64,000 nucleotides of DNA from positions 197,812 to 261,811 of the forward strand of contig JANWLD010000001.1 of the NCBI GenBank assembly GCA_025451045.1, in the 5' to 3' direction. The stretch is from Candidatus Saccharimonadales bacterium (GTDB lineage Bacteria; Patescibacteriota; Saccharimonadia; Saccharimonadales; 2-12-FULL-41-12). Below are positions 39,896 to 49,320 of this stretch, piece after piece. A model generated the notes under the pieces. It made no database searches. It saw only the letters and a list, made by a program, of their open reading frames with translations, and was not told the DNA's origin. A program made the position numbers and the translations under genes. Position 1 is the stretch's first letter, and every line of letters starts with the position of its first letter.

Positions 39896-40500
39896 TGAAA
39901 ATTACCGATATAAAGCAACAGGTTAAACGTAAGGACCGTTATTCAATATTTATTGACGGTAAATACAGCTTTGCTTTAAGTGAAAGCGGACTTTTGAACT
40001 CAGGCCTTGCCATAGGCCAGGAGTTTTCTAAACAAGAACTTGAACGGCTGGAAAAAGTATCCGTCGAAGATAAGGCAGTTTACCGGGCGCTGGATTTGAT
40101 TGCCCGCCGGCCGAGGAGCGAAGGCGAGTTGCGGGACTATTTAAAGCGGAAAAAATATACGGACGAAGAGATTGTAAAAATACTTAACACGTTAAGTATA
40201 AAAGGCTATATCAATGACAAAGACTTTGCGCGGCGCTGGGTGGAAAGCCGCCGGCTGCTAAAACCTATCAGTATTAGGCGCTTAAGGTTGGAGTTAAGGC
40301 AAAAACGCGTCGCCGACGAAATAGTCAATGAAGCTTTAGAAAGCGACGAGACTAATGAGCCGGAAGTGCTCAAAGAATTAATCGAAAAAAAGCAAAAACA
40401 AACGAGGTATCGGGATAAACAAAAACTGACGCAGTTTTTATTGCGCCAAGGCTTTAACTATTCGGATATAAAATTAGCGTTGGAAGAAGCGGGTATCTAA
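39895..40500 (+). CDS. recX: regulatory protein RecX (long form)
   Basis: R.SIFIDG.Y.F, AL.L..RRPRSE.EL, L...GYIND..FA, LRQKRV, L.RQGF.Y. Confidence 0.9.
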   Translation: MKITDIKQQVKRKDRYSIFIDGKYSFALSESGLLNSGLAIGQEFSKQELERLEKVSVEDKAVYRALDLIARRPRSEGELRDYLKRKKYTDEEIVKILNTLSIKGYINDKDFARRWVESRRLLKPISIRRLRLELRQKRVADEIVNEALESDETNEPEVLKELIEKKQKQTRYRDKQKLTQFLLRQGFNYSDIKLALEEAGI

Positions 40501-41024
40501 GAATTTGCCGGGCTAGTCGCGGCTACGGTTTCGCCCGCTTTCTCAAGCGCATCCTCGATGATAATCCGATTATTGGTAATTTCCACTATTTGGGTACGGT
40601 CAATGCTGACATTTCCTCCGGACAGGCTTTTTATTATCGATTGGCCGGCATAGACTTTTTTAACCAGCAGACTTTCAGTTTCGACCGCGAAGTCTATGAC
40701 CTTTCCATATTTTTTACCGCTTTGGCTGATTACTTGTTTGCCAATTAGTTCAAAACCGATGTTTAGCACGGATTTTAAGCGCACAAGTTCCTCGGTTTCA
40801 GCCAAAACTTCGTGGTCATTGATGATTATGCCTTGGGCGGCTATATCGCGCACCTCGGCGCTTACCAGCACCATTTTCTTGCCGCTAAACCGATCCAGGA
40901 CATACCAACCTTCCACCTTTAGGTTGTTGGGATTGATAATCATAGTTGTGGCCGTCCCTACCGACCCGCCGGTGCGCAGGGACATCACTTGTGTGTTTAA
41001 AAGCGCATTGCTAAGCTTCAACAT
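40497..41024 (-). CDS. tandem PRC-barrel (YlmC/YrrD-like) protein
   Basis: two repeats V.S..G...G....II / LIGK.V....GK..GKV.DF. Confidence 0.75.
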   Translation of the reverse strand: MLKLSNALLNTQVMSLRTGGSVGTATTMIINPNNLKVEGWYVLDRFSGKKMVLVSAEVRDIAAQGIIINDHEVLAETEELVRLKSVLNIGFELIGKQVISQSGKKYGKVIDFAVETESLLVKKVYAGQSIIKSLSGGNVSIDRTQIVEITNNRIIIEDALEKAGETVAATSPANS

Positions 41025-41086
41025 ATCATTTTTAGTATACTTTATTGCTTATGCCTGCCCGAAACCTCTGTTTTATAATTATTACT

Positions 41087-41530
41087 ATGAATCAACTTAA
41101 GGTCACCTGTCCAAACGAAACTTCAACCATGAAAGTCGCCGAAAAGTTAGCCGGCCAACTTGCTAGTGGAGAATTAGTAGAGCTTGCTGGCGATGTCGGT
41201 TCGGGTAAAACCACGTTTGTTAAAGGGCTGGCCAAAGGCCTTGACAGTAATGACCGGGTTTCCAGCCCGTCTTTCGCATTAAAGAATATATATCATGGCC
41301 GTTTAAAGCTTTATCATTTTGACCTTTACCGTTTGAATGAAGCTGGGCTTATGGATCATGAAATAAAAGATTCGCTGGATGACAAAGACGCCGTTTCCGT
41401 CATCGAATGGGCTGGCGTAAGTTCCAATGTACTGCCAAAAACCAGGATAACCGTTAATTTCGAAATCATCGGCGAAAATTCAAGACAGCTGACTATCACA
41501 ATGCCTGATTTTAAGGAGCCGGAAAAATGA
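41087..41530 (+). CDS. tsaE: t6A biosynthesis ATPase TsaE
   Basis: L.GDVGSGKTTF.KG, V.SPSF, HFDLYRL, IEW. Confidence 0.95.
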   Translation: MNQLKVTCPNETSTMKVAEKLAGQLASGELVELAGDVGSGKTTFVKGLAKGLDSNDRVSSPSFALKNIYHGRLKLYHFDLYRLNEAGLMDHEIKDSLDDKDAVSVIEWAGVSSNVLPKTRITVNFEIIGENSRQLTITMPDFKEPEK

Positions 41531-41916
41531 TTCTAACGATCAAGACCGATCAGCCGGAAGCCGAGCTTGGGCTGTACCAAGGCAACAAGAAAGAGTCATA
41601 CCTAAAATGGCAGGCTGGCAGGAACCTGTCACTGGACATTCATGAAAAAATAGACGGACTTTTTAAAAAACAAAGCATCGGCCTTTCCGATTTAAAAGGA
41701 GTAGTACTTTATAAGGGCCCCGGTAGTTTCACAGGACTAAGAATCGGCGCGTCTGTCGCCAACGCCATAGCTTACGAGCTTGATATACCGCTTGCCGGCG
41801 CAAATGGTAAAGACTGGATAAAAACAGGCATAGAACTTTTGAAAAAAGAACCGGCCCGGCGTATTGCTAAGTTGGAATACGGCGCCGCACCTAAGACCAC
41901 GAAACCGAAAAAATAA
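41527..41916 (+). CDS. tsaB: t6A biosynthesis protein TsaB (truncated form)
   Basis: GPGSFTGLRIG...ANA. Confidence 0.9.
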   Translation: MILTIKTDQPEAELGLYQGNKKESYLKWQAGRNLSLDIHEKIDGLFKKQSIGLSDLKGVVLYKGPGSFTGLRIGASVANAIAYELDIPLAGANGKDWIKTGIELLKKEPARRIAKLEYGAAPKTTKPKK

Positions 41917-41950
41917 TTGCGTCCAACCTTGACTTAGCAGTATAATAATT

Positions 41951-42095
41951 ACTGTAGGATTGTTGTCAATTGACAGTTTTCCACTTGCAGACTTAAAGAT
42001 AACTTCTAATAATCGACTTGAAGCAGTTTTGGGGAGTATTCGCTAAAAAGTTATTCGTCTAATGAAGTGATAGTGACGGCGATAACCCGCGAAGT
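41951..42095 (+). ncRNA. rod-shaped structured RNA upstream of rny (6S RNA candidate or rny leader)
   Basis: nested stems 41959-68/42074-83, CACTT/AAGTG, AGAC/GTCT, GATAACTT/AAGTTATT; TATAAT at 41941. Confidence 0.5.
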
Positions 42096-42133
42096 ATTAT
42101 TTCTCATCTGATAGCGATAGAAAGGATTAAACT

Positions 42134-43648
42134 ATGGATCCAATAACTATAGTATTGGCTCTTGCTGGTATTGGCATCGGTTTCGGTGCTTCTACGGCAG
42201 TAAACAAACAAAGGTTAAGCAATGCGGATGAGAACGCCCAGAAGGAGCTAAAAAAAGCGAAACAGGAGGCTGAAAAACTGGTGTCCAAAGCCAAGGAAGA
42301 AGCTTTGGAACTGGCAGAAAGCTCGCGCAAAGAAGACCAGGCCCGCCGCAAGGAGTTCAAAGATATTGAAAAACGTCTTTTGGACCGTGAAGAAGCGCTA
42401 GACAAAAAGCTGGACAACCTGGATAAACGTTCCGAGGCTTTGCGCAAAGGCGAGACCGAAGTTGAAGAACTGAAAAACGAAATCCGCGACATCAGGAAAA
42501 AACAGCAGGATAAGCTGGAAAAAATTGCCAAGCTAACCAAGGCCGAGGCGGCCGATAAACTGATGGCGATGACCGAACGCGATATCAAAAATGACCTCAA
42601 AGGCCTAATTGTCAAACTGCAAAATGATGCCCGTGATTTGGCCGAGGAAAAGGCCGGAACAATCCTTATTCAAACCATGGAACGGATGGCCAGCGAAGTA
42701 ACAGCCGAACGTACCGTAACTGCCGTCAAGCTGGAAGATGAAGAAATGAAAGGCCGCATCATCGGCAAGGAAGGCCGCAATATCCAATCCCTACAGCGGG
42801 CCACCGGCGTTGATATCATGGTTGATGATACTCCGGGAATGATTATCCTTAGCTCGTTCGATCCTGTACGGCGTGAAGTCGCCCGGGTGACGCTTGAGAT
42901 GTTGCTAAAAGATGGCCGGGTGCATCCCGGACGGATCGAAGAAGTAATTGAAAAAGCCCAAAAACAGGTGCAAAAGGACGTAATGCGCGCCGGAGAGGAT
43001 GCTGCCCGCGAGGTAGGTATCATCGGTATTCCCAAAGAAATCTTGCAGTATCTTGGCGAGCTAAAATTCAGAACTAGTTATGGCCAGAATGTGCTTAAGC
43101 ACAGTACCGAAATGGCACACATGGCCGGTGTGTTGGCTGAGCAGATAGGTGCCGATGTAAAAACTGCCAAATACGCTGCTCTCATCCATGATATGGGCAA
43201 AGCACTGACACACAAGATAGAGGGCAAGCATCATCATATTACCGGAGAGATTGCGCGGAAATATGGCGTTGATGAAGCGGTCGCACATGCCGCAGAAGCC
43301 CATCATGACGATATGGAAGCGACTACTCCGGAGGCATTAGTCGTGCGGGTAGTTGACGCTGTCAGCGCTGCCCGGCCGGGCGCGCGCAACATCAGCGCGG
43401 AGAATTTTTCTGAAAGGATGAAAGATCTTGAAAACGTAGCGACCGGGTTCAAGGGCGTGGAGAAGGCTTACGCTATCAGCGCCGGCCGGGAAGTCCGCGT
43501 ATTTGTAAAGCCGGTTGACTTGGATGATTTAGGCGCTATCAAACTGGCCCGCGACGTGGCTAACAAGATTGAATCGACTATGCAGTATCCGGGAACAATA
43601 AAAGTCAATGTGATAAGAGAGACAAGAGCGATTGAGTTTGCGAAGTAA
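42134..43648 (+). CDS. rny: ribonuclease Y
   Basis: N-terminal TM, coiled coil, [34 protein letters not shown]. Confidence 0.98.
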   Translation: MDPITIVLALAGIGIGFGASTAVNKQRLSNADENAQKELKKAKQEAEKLVSKAKEEALELAESSRKEDQARRKEFKDIEKRLLDREEALDKKLDNLDKRSEALRKGETEVEELKNEIRDIRKKQQDKLEKIAKLTKAEAADKLMAMTERDIKNDLKGLIVKLQNDARDLAEEKAGTILIQTMERMASEVTAERTVTAVKLEDEEMKGRIIGKEGRNIQSLQRATGVDIMVDDTPGMIILSSFDPVRREVARVTLEMLLKDGRVHPGRIEEVIEKAQKQVQKDVMRAGEDAAREVGIIGIPKEILQYLGELKFRTSYGQNVLKHSTEMAHMAGVLAEQIGADVKTAKYAALIHDMGKALTHKIEGKHHHITGEIARKYGVDEAVAHAAEAHHDDMEATTPEALVVRVVDAVSAARPGARNISAENFSERMKDLENVATGFKGVEKAYAISAGREVRVFVKPVDLDDLGAIKLARDVANKIESTMQYPGTIKVNVIRETRAIEFAK

Positions 43649-44214
43649 TGAAGTTTTTGATTCTTCACGGTACCGGGTCGGATAGCAAAGGTAACTGGTT
43701 TCCCTGGTTGAAAGGCGAATTGGAAAAACTGGGCCATGAGGTCTGGACTCCCGATTTACCGGATTCCCAAAGGCCGAATATACAGAAGTATAATGATTTC
43801 TTATTAAATAATGGTTGGGACTTTAATGATTGCGTTATTATCGGCCATTCTTCTGGTTCGGTGGCAATACTAGGCTTGCTTCAAGCGCTTCCCCAAAACG
43901 TAAAAGTTAACGCCGCGGTTTTAGCCGGAGCTTTTACTAAACGTTTGAGCGAAAGTCCAAGCTGGGAAATGCTCAGCGAACTTTTTGATAAGCCGTTTGA
44001 TTTCAAGTTAATCAAACAAAAAGCGGGTAAACTAATCTTTGTTCATTCCAAAGACGACCCAATTTGCGACATCAATGAAGCTAGAGAACTTTGTCAGCAA
44101 CTTGGCGGCGAGATGATAGAGTTTGATGGAATGAAACATTTTTCCGTAAGAACCGACTCTCGGTTTACTAAGTTCCCCGAACTACTTCAAATTATCCAAG
44201 ACAAAGTTTTATAA
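43648..44214 (+). CDS. alpha/beta hydrolase (RBBP9/YdeN family)
   Basis: ILHG, NWFPWL, GHSSG, S.DDP, HF. Confidence 0.9.
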   Translation: MKFLILHGTGSDSKGNWFPWLKGELEKLGHEVWTPDLPDSQRPNIQKYNDFLLNNGWDFNDCVIIGHSSGSVAILGLLQALPQNVKVNAAVLAGAFTKRLSESPSWEMLSELFDKPFDFKLIKQKAGKLIFVHSKDDPICDINEARELCQQLGGEMIEFDGMKHFSVRTDSRFTKFPELLQIIQDKVL

Positions 44215-44258
44215 ACGACCCTTATCTGTTAGAATAACCTCTGTTTAGTATAAATTTT

Positions 44259-44335
44259 CGGGGATTGGCGCAGTTGGCTAGCGCGCGCGGTTTGGGACCG
44301 CGAGGTCGCCGGTTCGAGTCCGGCATCCCCGACCA
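44259..44335 (+). tRNA. tRNA-Pro (TGG)
   Basis: CGGGGAT acceptor, CGCGG-TT-TGG-GA-CCGCG, CCA. Confidence 0.97.
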
Positions 44336-44336
44336 C

Positions 44337-44370
44337 AAAATAAGTCTAGGCTGAAACCTAGACTTATTTT
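44337..44370 (+). terminator. intrinsic terminator after tRNA-Pro
   Basis: AAAATAAGTCTAGG-6 nt-CCTAGACTTATTTT. Confidence 0.75.
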
Positions 44371-44444
44371 ATTATGTTATTCTTATGCTAATCTTTTATT
44401 AATTTAATGATTTTTTAACCCAAACGAGCAATAATTGAACAATA

Positions 44445-45131
44445 ATGAAGTTGTTGATAGCAGAAGACGACTCTGATATCGTACTGGTTCTTTATCGTGC
44501 ATTGAGAGCTAATTATTTGGTTGATACTACCAGTAGCGTATCGGGCGCGTTAAAAAAACTGGATGACAATGAATACGATGCTATTATCCTAGATCTTAAC
44601 CTTACAAATGATACGGGTTTGACAATTTGTGAGAAAATCCGCGGCCAAGGCAGGCATACGCCGATAATAGTCTTAAGCGGCTGCGCCGATGTGCTGGACA
44701 AGGTCAAGCTGCTAGATAGCGGAGCAAACGATTATATGACAAAGCCTTTTGACATTGAGGAGCTAAACGCCAGGCTGCGCGTGCTACTTCGCCAGCCAGC
44801 CTCCGCGTCTGCGGCTCGTGACAGAATAGCCATCGGCGATTTGATTTTAGACAGTGTCAGGTATCAAGTAGAACGTGATGGCAAAAATATCGAACTGCGC
44901 AAAAAAGAATTCGCGGTACTTGAATGCCTGATGAAAAACGCCGGCAGAGTAGTCAGCCGCGGCTCACTTCTTAATTACGCTTGGGATGAGCAGGATTTTA
45001 ATGCTACCAACACAGTCGATGTCCACATCAAATATCTGCGGGATAAAATTGACAGGCCATATAACAGCGGATTGATAAAAACCATCCATGGAATCGGCTA
45101 TAAAATCGATATACCCAAACCTATCAGTTAA
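44445..45131 (+). CDS. OmpR/PhoB family response regulator (no adjacent kinase)
   Basis: EDD, IILD, GA.DY.TKPF, wHTH TVDVHIKYLR.KID, I.TIHG.GY. Confidence 0.93.
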   Translation: MKLLIAEDDSDIVLVLYRALRANYLVDTTSSVSGALKKLDDNEYDAIILDLNLTNDTGLTICEKIRGQGRHTPIIVLSGCADVLDKVKLLDSGANDYMTKPFDIEELNARLRVLLRQPASASAARDRIAIGDLILDSVRYQVERDGKNIELRKKEFAVLECLMKNAGRVVSRGSLLNYAWDEQDFNATNTVDVHIKYLRDKIDRPYNSGLIKTIHGIGYKIDIPKPIS

Positions 45132-45175
45132 TAGTCTTTTGTTAGAACACCATAGGTGTTGGTACAATAATTATT

Positions 45176-45544
45176 ATGCTTTTGTCCTCTTTTCTTAGTT
45201 GGTGGTATCTTTCCGGTTGGGGATGGCTGGCAAAAGATATAAAAAACCGGCTGCGGGCAATTAATGAAACGTTTTCGGTGAGTATACTGCTAAGGACCTT
45301 GTTTTCTCCCTGGAAACAAATACGTACGCCAGCATCTTTTCATAATTTCTTTCAAGCAGCGATAGACAACCTAGTCTCAAGGTTTATAGGCGCGATAGTA
45401 CGTATCGGCATGCTGCTGTCAGCCCTAGTATGCCTGATTTTTGTGGCCGGAATCGGCCTGGTATTTATGATATTTTGGCCGGTTATTCCGCTGATGTTAA
45501 TCATTTTCCCGATACTTTCAATAACCGGAACGGAACTTTGGTAA
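45176..45544 (+). CDS. hypothetical membrane protein coupled to Clp ATPase
   Basis: WWY, FS...LLRTLFSPWK, SR.IGA.VR; TAATG overlap with next gene. Confidence 0.8.
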   Translation: MLLSSFLSWWYLSGWGWLAKDIKNRLRAINETFSVSILLRTLFSPWKQIRTPASFHNFFQAAIDNLVSRFIGAIVRIGMLLSALVCLIFVAGIGLVFMIFWPVIPLMLIIFPILSITGTELW

Positions 45545-47934
45545 TGAATACTAATGTCAACCTGGCAGCAGCTCGTGTCCAAAAAGCCAGATTTTATTCC
45601 AAAATCGGTTCACGCCAAGTTAGCTGGGCATTATCGGCGGCAGGTCTGGCTGCTTTTGTCGGAGGTCTGATACTACTATTCTTTAATAGTAGTATTGGTT
45701 ATCTGGTTTTAACGCTGGCAATCTTGGTTTTGATGATAAAAACCTGGCAGGCCGGGGAACTTAAAAGTCTGGACAAAGAAATTACCGGACAAAACGTCGA
45801 GGATTTATTGGACTCAAGAATATTGGCAAAGCTGAAATCTGCTGACCCGTCAGCATTTGATATTTGGGTAGCCACAAAGGATACTACTGAGCGTTGGTTT
45901 TTTGAAAGCCGCTATTTGCTACACCATTCCATTTTCGAAGAATTACTCAACAAAAACTCCGGTTCAGCCACAGCAGTCTGGCAGGAAGCGTCTAAATTAC
46001 GGGAAAAATATCAAACCACAGGCTGGTCAGCCGCAATAATCATAGTTGCTTTGCTTCGAACCATACCCGATATAGAGGAAGGCCTTAAGCGAATCAAGAT
46101 AGAGCTTAGGGATATAGAGCTAGGTATAGACTGGTGGCTTAGCATAGATAGGAAAACACAACTGGCCCATCAGAAAAAATATTTCGGCGGATTGGCCCGG
46201 GACTGGGCCTATGGCTATACGCCGACGTTAAGTTATCTCGGCCGCAATATCAGTGAAGATATCCAATATGGCGGATTTTTCACAGATACAAAGATGCACA
46301 GCCAATTAGTGGAACAGATGATTAAGTCAATGGCTGGCGGCGCGCAGGCAGTAACCTTGATTGGTGAGAATGGGGTGGGCAAGACTACCAGTGTCCATGC
46401 TTTTGCCGAGCGCATACTCCAAGACGGAACTTTGCCCGAGAATATAAGATATCATCAGGTGGTAACGCTGGATGCACCGTCATTGGTTGCCCAGGCAGGC
46501 CGCCCGGGCGAATTGGAGGAACTTGTCATCAAAATGCTCGCTGAAGCACAGAAAGCTAAAAACATGATACTGTTTTTTGATGACGCGCAGGCATTCTTTG
46601 GCGATGGAGCAGGCAGTGTAGATTTGGGTAATGTATTGATGCCGGCGCTTGACGCTGGAACACCAAAATTGATTTTTGCTATGACACCTAAACAGTGGCA
46701 GAATATTGCTGCCGACAATTCTAATTTGTCCAGCAAATTCCAACCACTACAGGTAAATCCGGCCAATGAAGAAGAAACACTTGATGTACTAAGGGACGAG
46801 ATTCTTTTCTTGGAGTATCAAAAGAAAGCCCTTTATACTTACCAGGCTTTCCATGAGGCGTACAAGCTGGCTAAACGCTATGTTGACAACCTTGCTATGC
46901 CCGGCGCGGCATTGACAGTACTTAAAACTGCTGCGTCTTCATCCGAAGACGGCTTAGTAACGGCAGAGGTTATCAAAGCAAGCGTAGAGTCCACTTACGG
47001 CGTTAAACTTCAGCAGGCTACCCGAGAAGAAACCGATGTACTGCTCCACATGGAAGACGAACTTCATAAATACGTTATAAACCAAAAGCAGGCGGTCAGC
47101 GTGATTGCAAATGCCTTGCGCCGTTCGAGAAGCGGTGTAGGCAATCCGGAGCGGCCAGTCGGTACCTTTTTATTCCTTGGTCCAACCGGTGTTGGCAAAA
47201 CCGAACTCAGTAAAGCCTTGGCCAAGGTTTATTTTGGAGACGAAAAATCAATGATTAGGGTCGATATGAACCAATTCGTGAGTCCGGATGACGTTAATCG
47301 TCTTATAACTCCAATGCTTGGCGAACAACTTGGATTTTTAGGACAAGTCAGGAAACAGCCTTTCAGCGTCATACTGCTTGACGAAATTGAAAAAGCCCAT
47401 AAGAACGTAGTCAACCTGTTGCTTCAGATGCTCGATGAAGGGGTTATGAGGGACAATGATAACAAACCCGTTTCTTTTAAAGATTCGATAATAATTGCGA
47501 CTTCCAATGCCGGCGCGGATGAAATCCGACGCATGATAGACGAGGGCAAAGACATAGCCAAACTGCAGGAAAATCTTGTAAATACCGTGATAGAAAAAGG
47601 TATTTTTGCGCCTGAATTAATTAATCGCTTTGATGAAGTAGTAGTCTTTAGGCCGCTTAATCAAGACGAACTAATCCAGGTGATTGATTTGATAATCAAG
47701 GACATGAACAAAACACTGGATGCTCAGAAGGTTCGGGTTGAGTTAACGCAGGTTGCCAAAAAGTGGTTGGTGGACAAAGGTTATGACGCCAAGCTTGGTG
47801 CCCGGCCGATGAGGCGGGTAGTCCAACGTTACGTTGAAAATATTCTGGCCAAAAAATTGCTTGAACAAACGGCGGGCAGTGGTAGTAAAATAGAGCTTGA
47901 TGTCAAAGACTTTGAAGAAATGAAAGAGGATTAA
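45544..47934 (+). CDS. membrane-anchored ClpA/ClpB-like AAA+ ATPase
   Basis: two N-terminal TM helices; GENGVGKT; FLFLGPTGVGKTE, LLDEIEKAH, PE.INRFD, GARPMRR. Confidence 0.88.
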   Translation: MNTNVNLAAARVQKARFYSKIGSRQVSWALSAAGLAAFVGGLILLFFNSSIGYLVLTLAILVLMIKTWQAGELKSLDKEITGQNVEDLLDSRILAKLKSADPSAFDIWVATKDTTERWFFESRYLLHHSIFEELLNKNSGSATAVWQEASKLREKYQTTGWSAAIIIVALLRTIPDIEEGLKRIKIELRDIELGIDWWLSIDRKTQLAHQKKYFGGLARDWAYGYTPTLSYLGRNISEDIQYGGFFTDTKMHSQLVEQMIKSMAGGAQAVTLIGENGVGKTTSVHAFAERILQDGTLPENIRYHQVVTLDAPSLVAQAGRPGELEELVIKMLAEAQKAKNMILFFDDAQAFFGDGAGSVDLGNVLMPALDAGTPKLIFAMTPKQWQNIAADNSNLSSKFQPLQVNPANEEETLDVLRDEILFLEYQKKALYTYQAFHEAYKLAKRYVDNLAMPGAALTVLKTAASSSEDGLVTAEVIKASVESTYGVKLQQATREETDVLLHMEDELHKYVINQKQAVSVIANALRRSRSGVGNPERPVGTFLFLGPTGVGKTELSKALAKVYFGDEKSMIRVDMNQFVSPDDVNRLITPMLGEQLGFLGQVRKQPFSVILLDEIEKAHKNVVNLLLQMLDEGVMRDNDNKPVSFKDSIIIATSNAGADEIRRMIDEGKDIAKLQENLVNTVIEKGIFAPELINRFDEVVVFRPLNQDELIQVIDLIIKDMNKTLDAQKVRVELTQVAKKWLVDKGYDAKLGARPMRRVVQRYVENILAKKLLEQTAGSGSKIELDVKDFEEMKED

Positions 47935-47942
47935 ACCGTTCA

Positions 47943-48611
47943 ATGGCAATTGTCCTCTCACTCGGATTGATTCTGATTATTCTGGTGGCTAATGAGCTGC
48001 TTTGTCGCAGCAAAAACTTGCAGCCGGAAACCGGCAGGAAAACAATCCATATATTAATCGGCAGCTTCATTGCTTTTTGGCCGCTTTATATGAGTTGGCG
48101 GCAGATTCAACTATTGTCTCTGGTGTTATTAGCAGGAGTATTTATCTCCTATCAGTTTGGAGTATTTGGCGCAATTCATAATGTTAAGCGCCGGACCAGC
48201 GGAGAATTGTGGTATCCGATAGGGATCGGCTTGTCGGCTCTTCTTACCACACAACCGTGGATATTTACCGTCGCCGTGCTCCATTTATCATTAGCTGACG
48301 GCCTAGCCGCTGTCGTCGGAAAAAAATACGGCCGGATGCATTACCGAATAGGCGAGCATACACGCTCAATTACCGGTTCCTTGGCTTTTTTGGCTGTTTC
48401 AATGGGCCTTTGTCTTTTTGCCTTCTTTGCGCTCAGGAATGAACTGCCCGGCATTTCCTTGGCAGTTTTTGCTGTCACGCCGTTTTTAGCTACGACGGCA
48501 GAAAGTATCTCCCGCCACGGATTGGACAATGTCTTTGTACCGCTGGCGGTAGTATTAGCACTATCCGTGCCTACAGCTACGCTTAGCTTCGGGGTTTATC
48601 AACTCTTATAG
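47943..48611 (+). CDS. phytol/dolichol kinase-like (SEC59/VTE5) membrane protein
   Basis: RK.IHI, ADG.AA.VGK.YG, RS..GS, GLDN..VP. Confidence 0.85.
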   Translation: MAIVLSLGLILIILVANELLCRSKNLQPETGRKTIHILIGSFIAFWPLYMSWRQIQLLSLVLLAGVFISYQFGVFGAIHNVKRRTSGELWYPIGIGLSALLTTQPWIFTVAVLHLSLADGLAAVVGKKYGRMHYRIGEHTRSITGSLAFLAVSMGLCLFAFFALRNELPGISLAVFAVTPFLATTAESISRHGLDNVFVPLAVVLALSVPTATLSFGVYQLL

Positions 48612-48621
48612 TTACGGATAA

Positions 48622-48699
48622 TGGGGCGAATGATGGGACTTGAACCCACGGCCTTCTGGACCACAACCAGACGCTCTAACCGACTGAGCTACATTCGCC
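48622..48699 (-). tRNA. tRNA-His (GTG) with encoded G-1
   Basis: TCTGG-TT-GTG-GT-CCAGA, C73, CCA. Confidence 0.97.
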
Positions 48700-48744
48700 A
48701 AAACAGGGGTAATTATATGGTAATCAATCCTTTTCTTCAACCTA

Positions 48745-49317
48745 TTAGTTTTTATATTCGGGCAGATTAACCAAGTCTTCTAGGCTTTGGCACGATTCGA
48801 TTACTTCTTTGGGCAAATTACGAGCCTTAGGATTATTAACAAGTTCTTTAAATTCGTCAAAATCCATCAATTTTACTTCAATTTTTTCGCCGGTGTCCAA
48901 CTTCTGTTCTATCTGGTTTTCAAAATCGGTAGCCAGAAATAGATAAATAAACCAGTCGATTTCACCGTGAGGCTGCTTAACCTCGATAAGCCGCCAAGAT
49001 TTAAATGACATGCCGGTTTCTTCAAGCAGTTCTCGTTTTGCTGCGTCTAACTCTGTTTCCGCATCCACATCATGCCTGCCGCCGGGCAAACCAAGGTAGG
49101 CTTTATAATGAGGTTGCTCCTCGTTAATTACTACGATTTTCTGGTCTTTTACAGCTATGATCTTTATTGTGTCCTGCCGTCTGAGCATTTCAAATGTTTC
49201 ACTACTTCCATCAAACATTTTCTGCTGCCATTGGTAAACGGCAAAGATTTCTCCCCTAAAAACCTGTTTTGCATTCTCCGGAATCAATTTGGCATTTTTA
49301 GGAACAATCGTGCGCAT
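48745..49317 (-). CDS. NUDIX hydrolase (ADP-ribose pyrophosphatase-like)
   Basis: LPGG......ET.LDAAKRELLEETG, LD.GE.IEV. Confidence 0.9.
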   Translation of the reverse strand: MRTIVPKNAKLIPENAKQVFRGEIFAVYQWQQKMFDGSSETFEMLRRQDTIKIIAVKDQKIVVINEEQPHYKAYLGLPGGRHDVDAETELDAAKRELLEETGMSFKSWRLIEVKQPHGEIDWFIYLFLATDFENQIEQKLDTGEKIEVKLMDFDEFKELVNNPKARNLPKEVIESCQSLEDLVNLPEYKN

Positions 49318-49320
49318 GCT

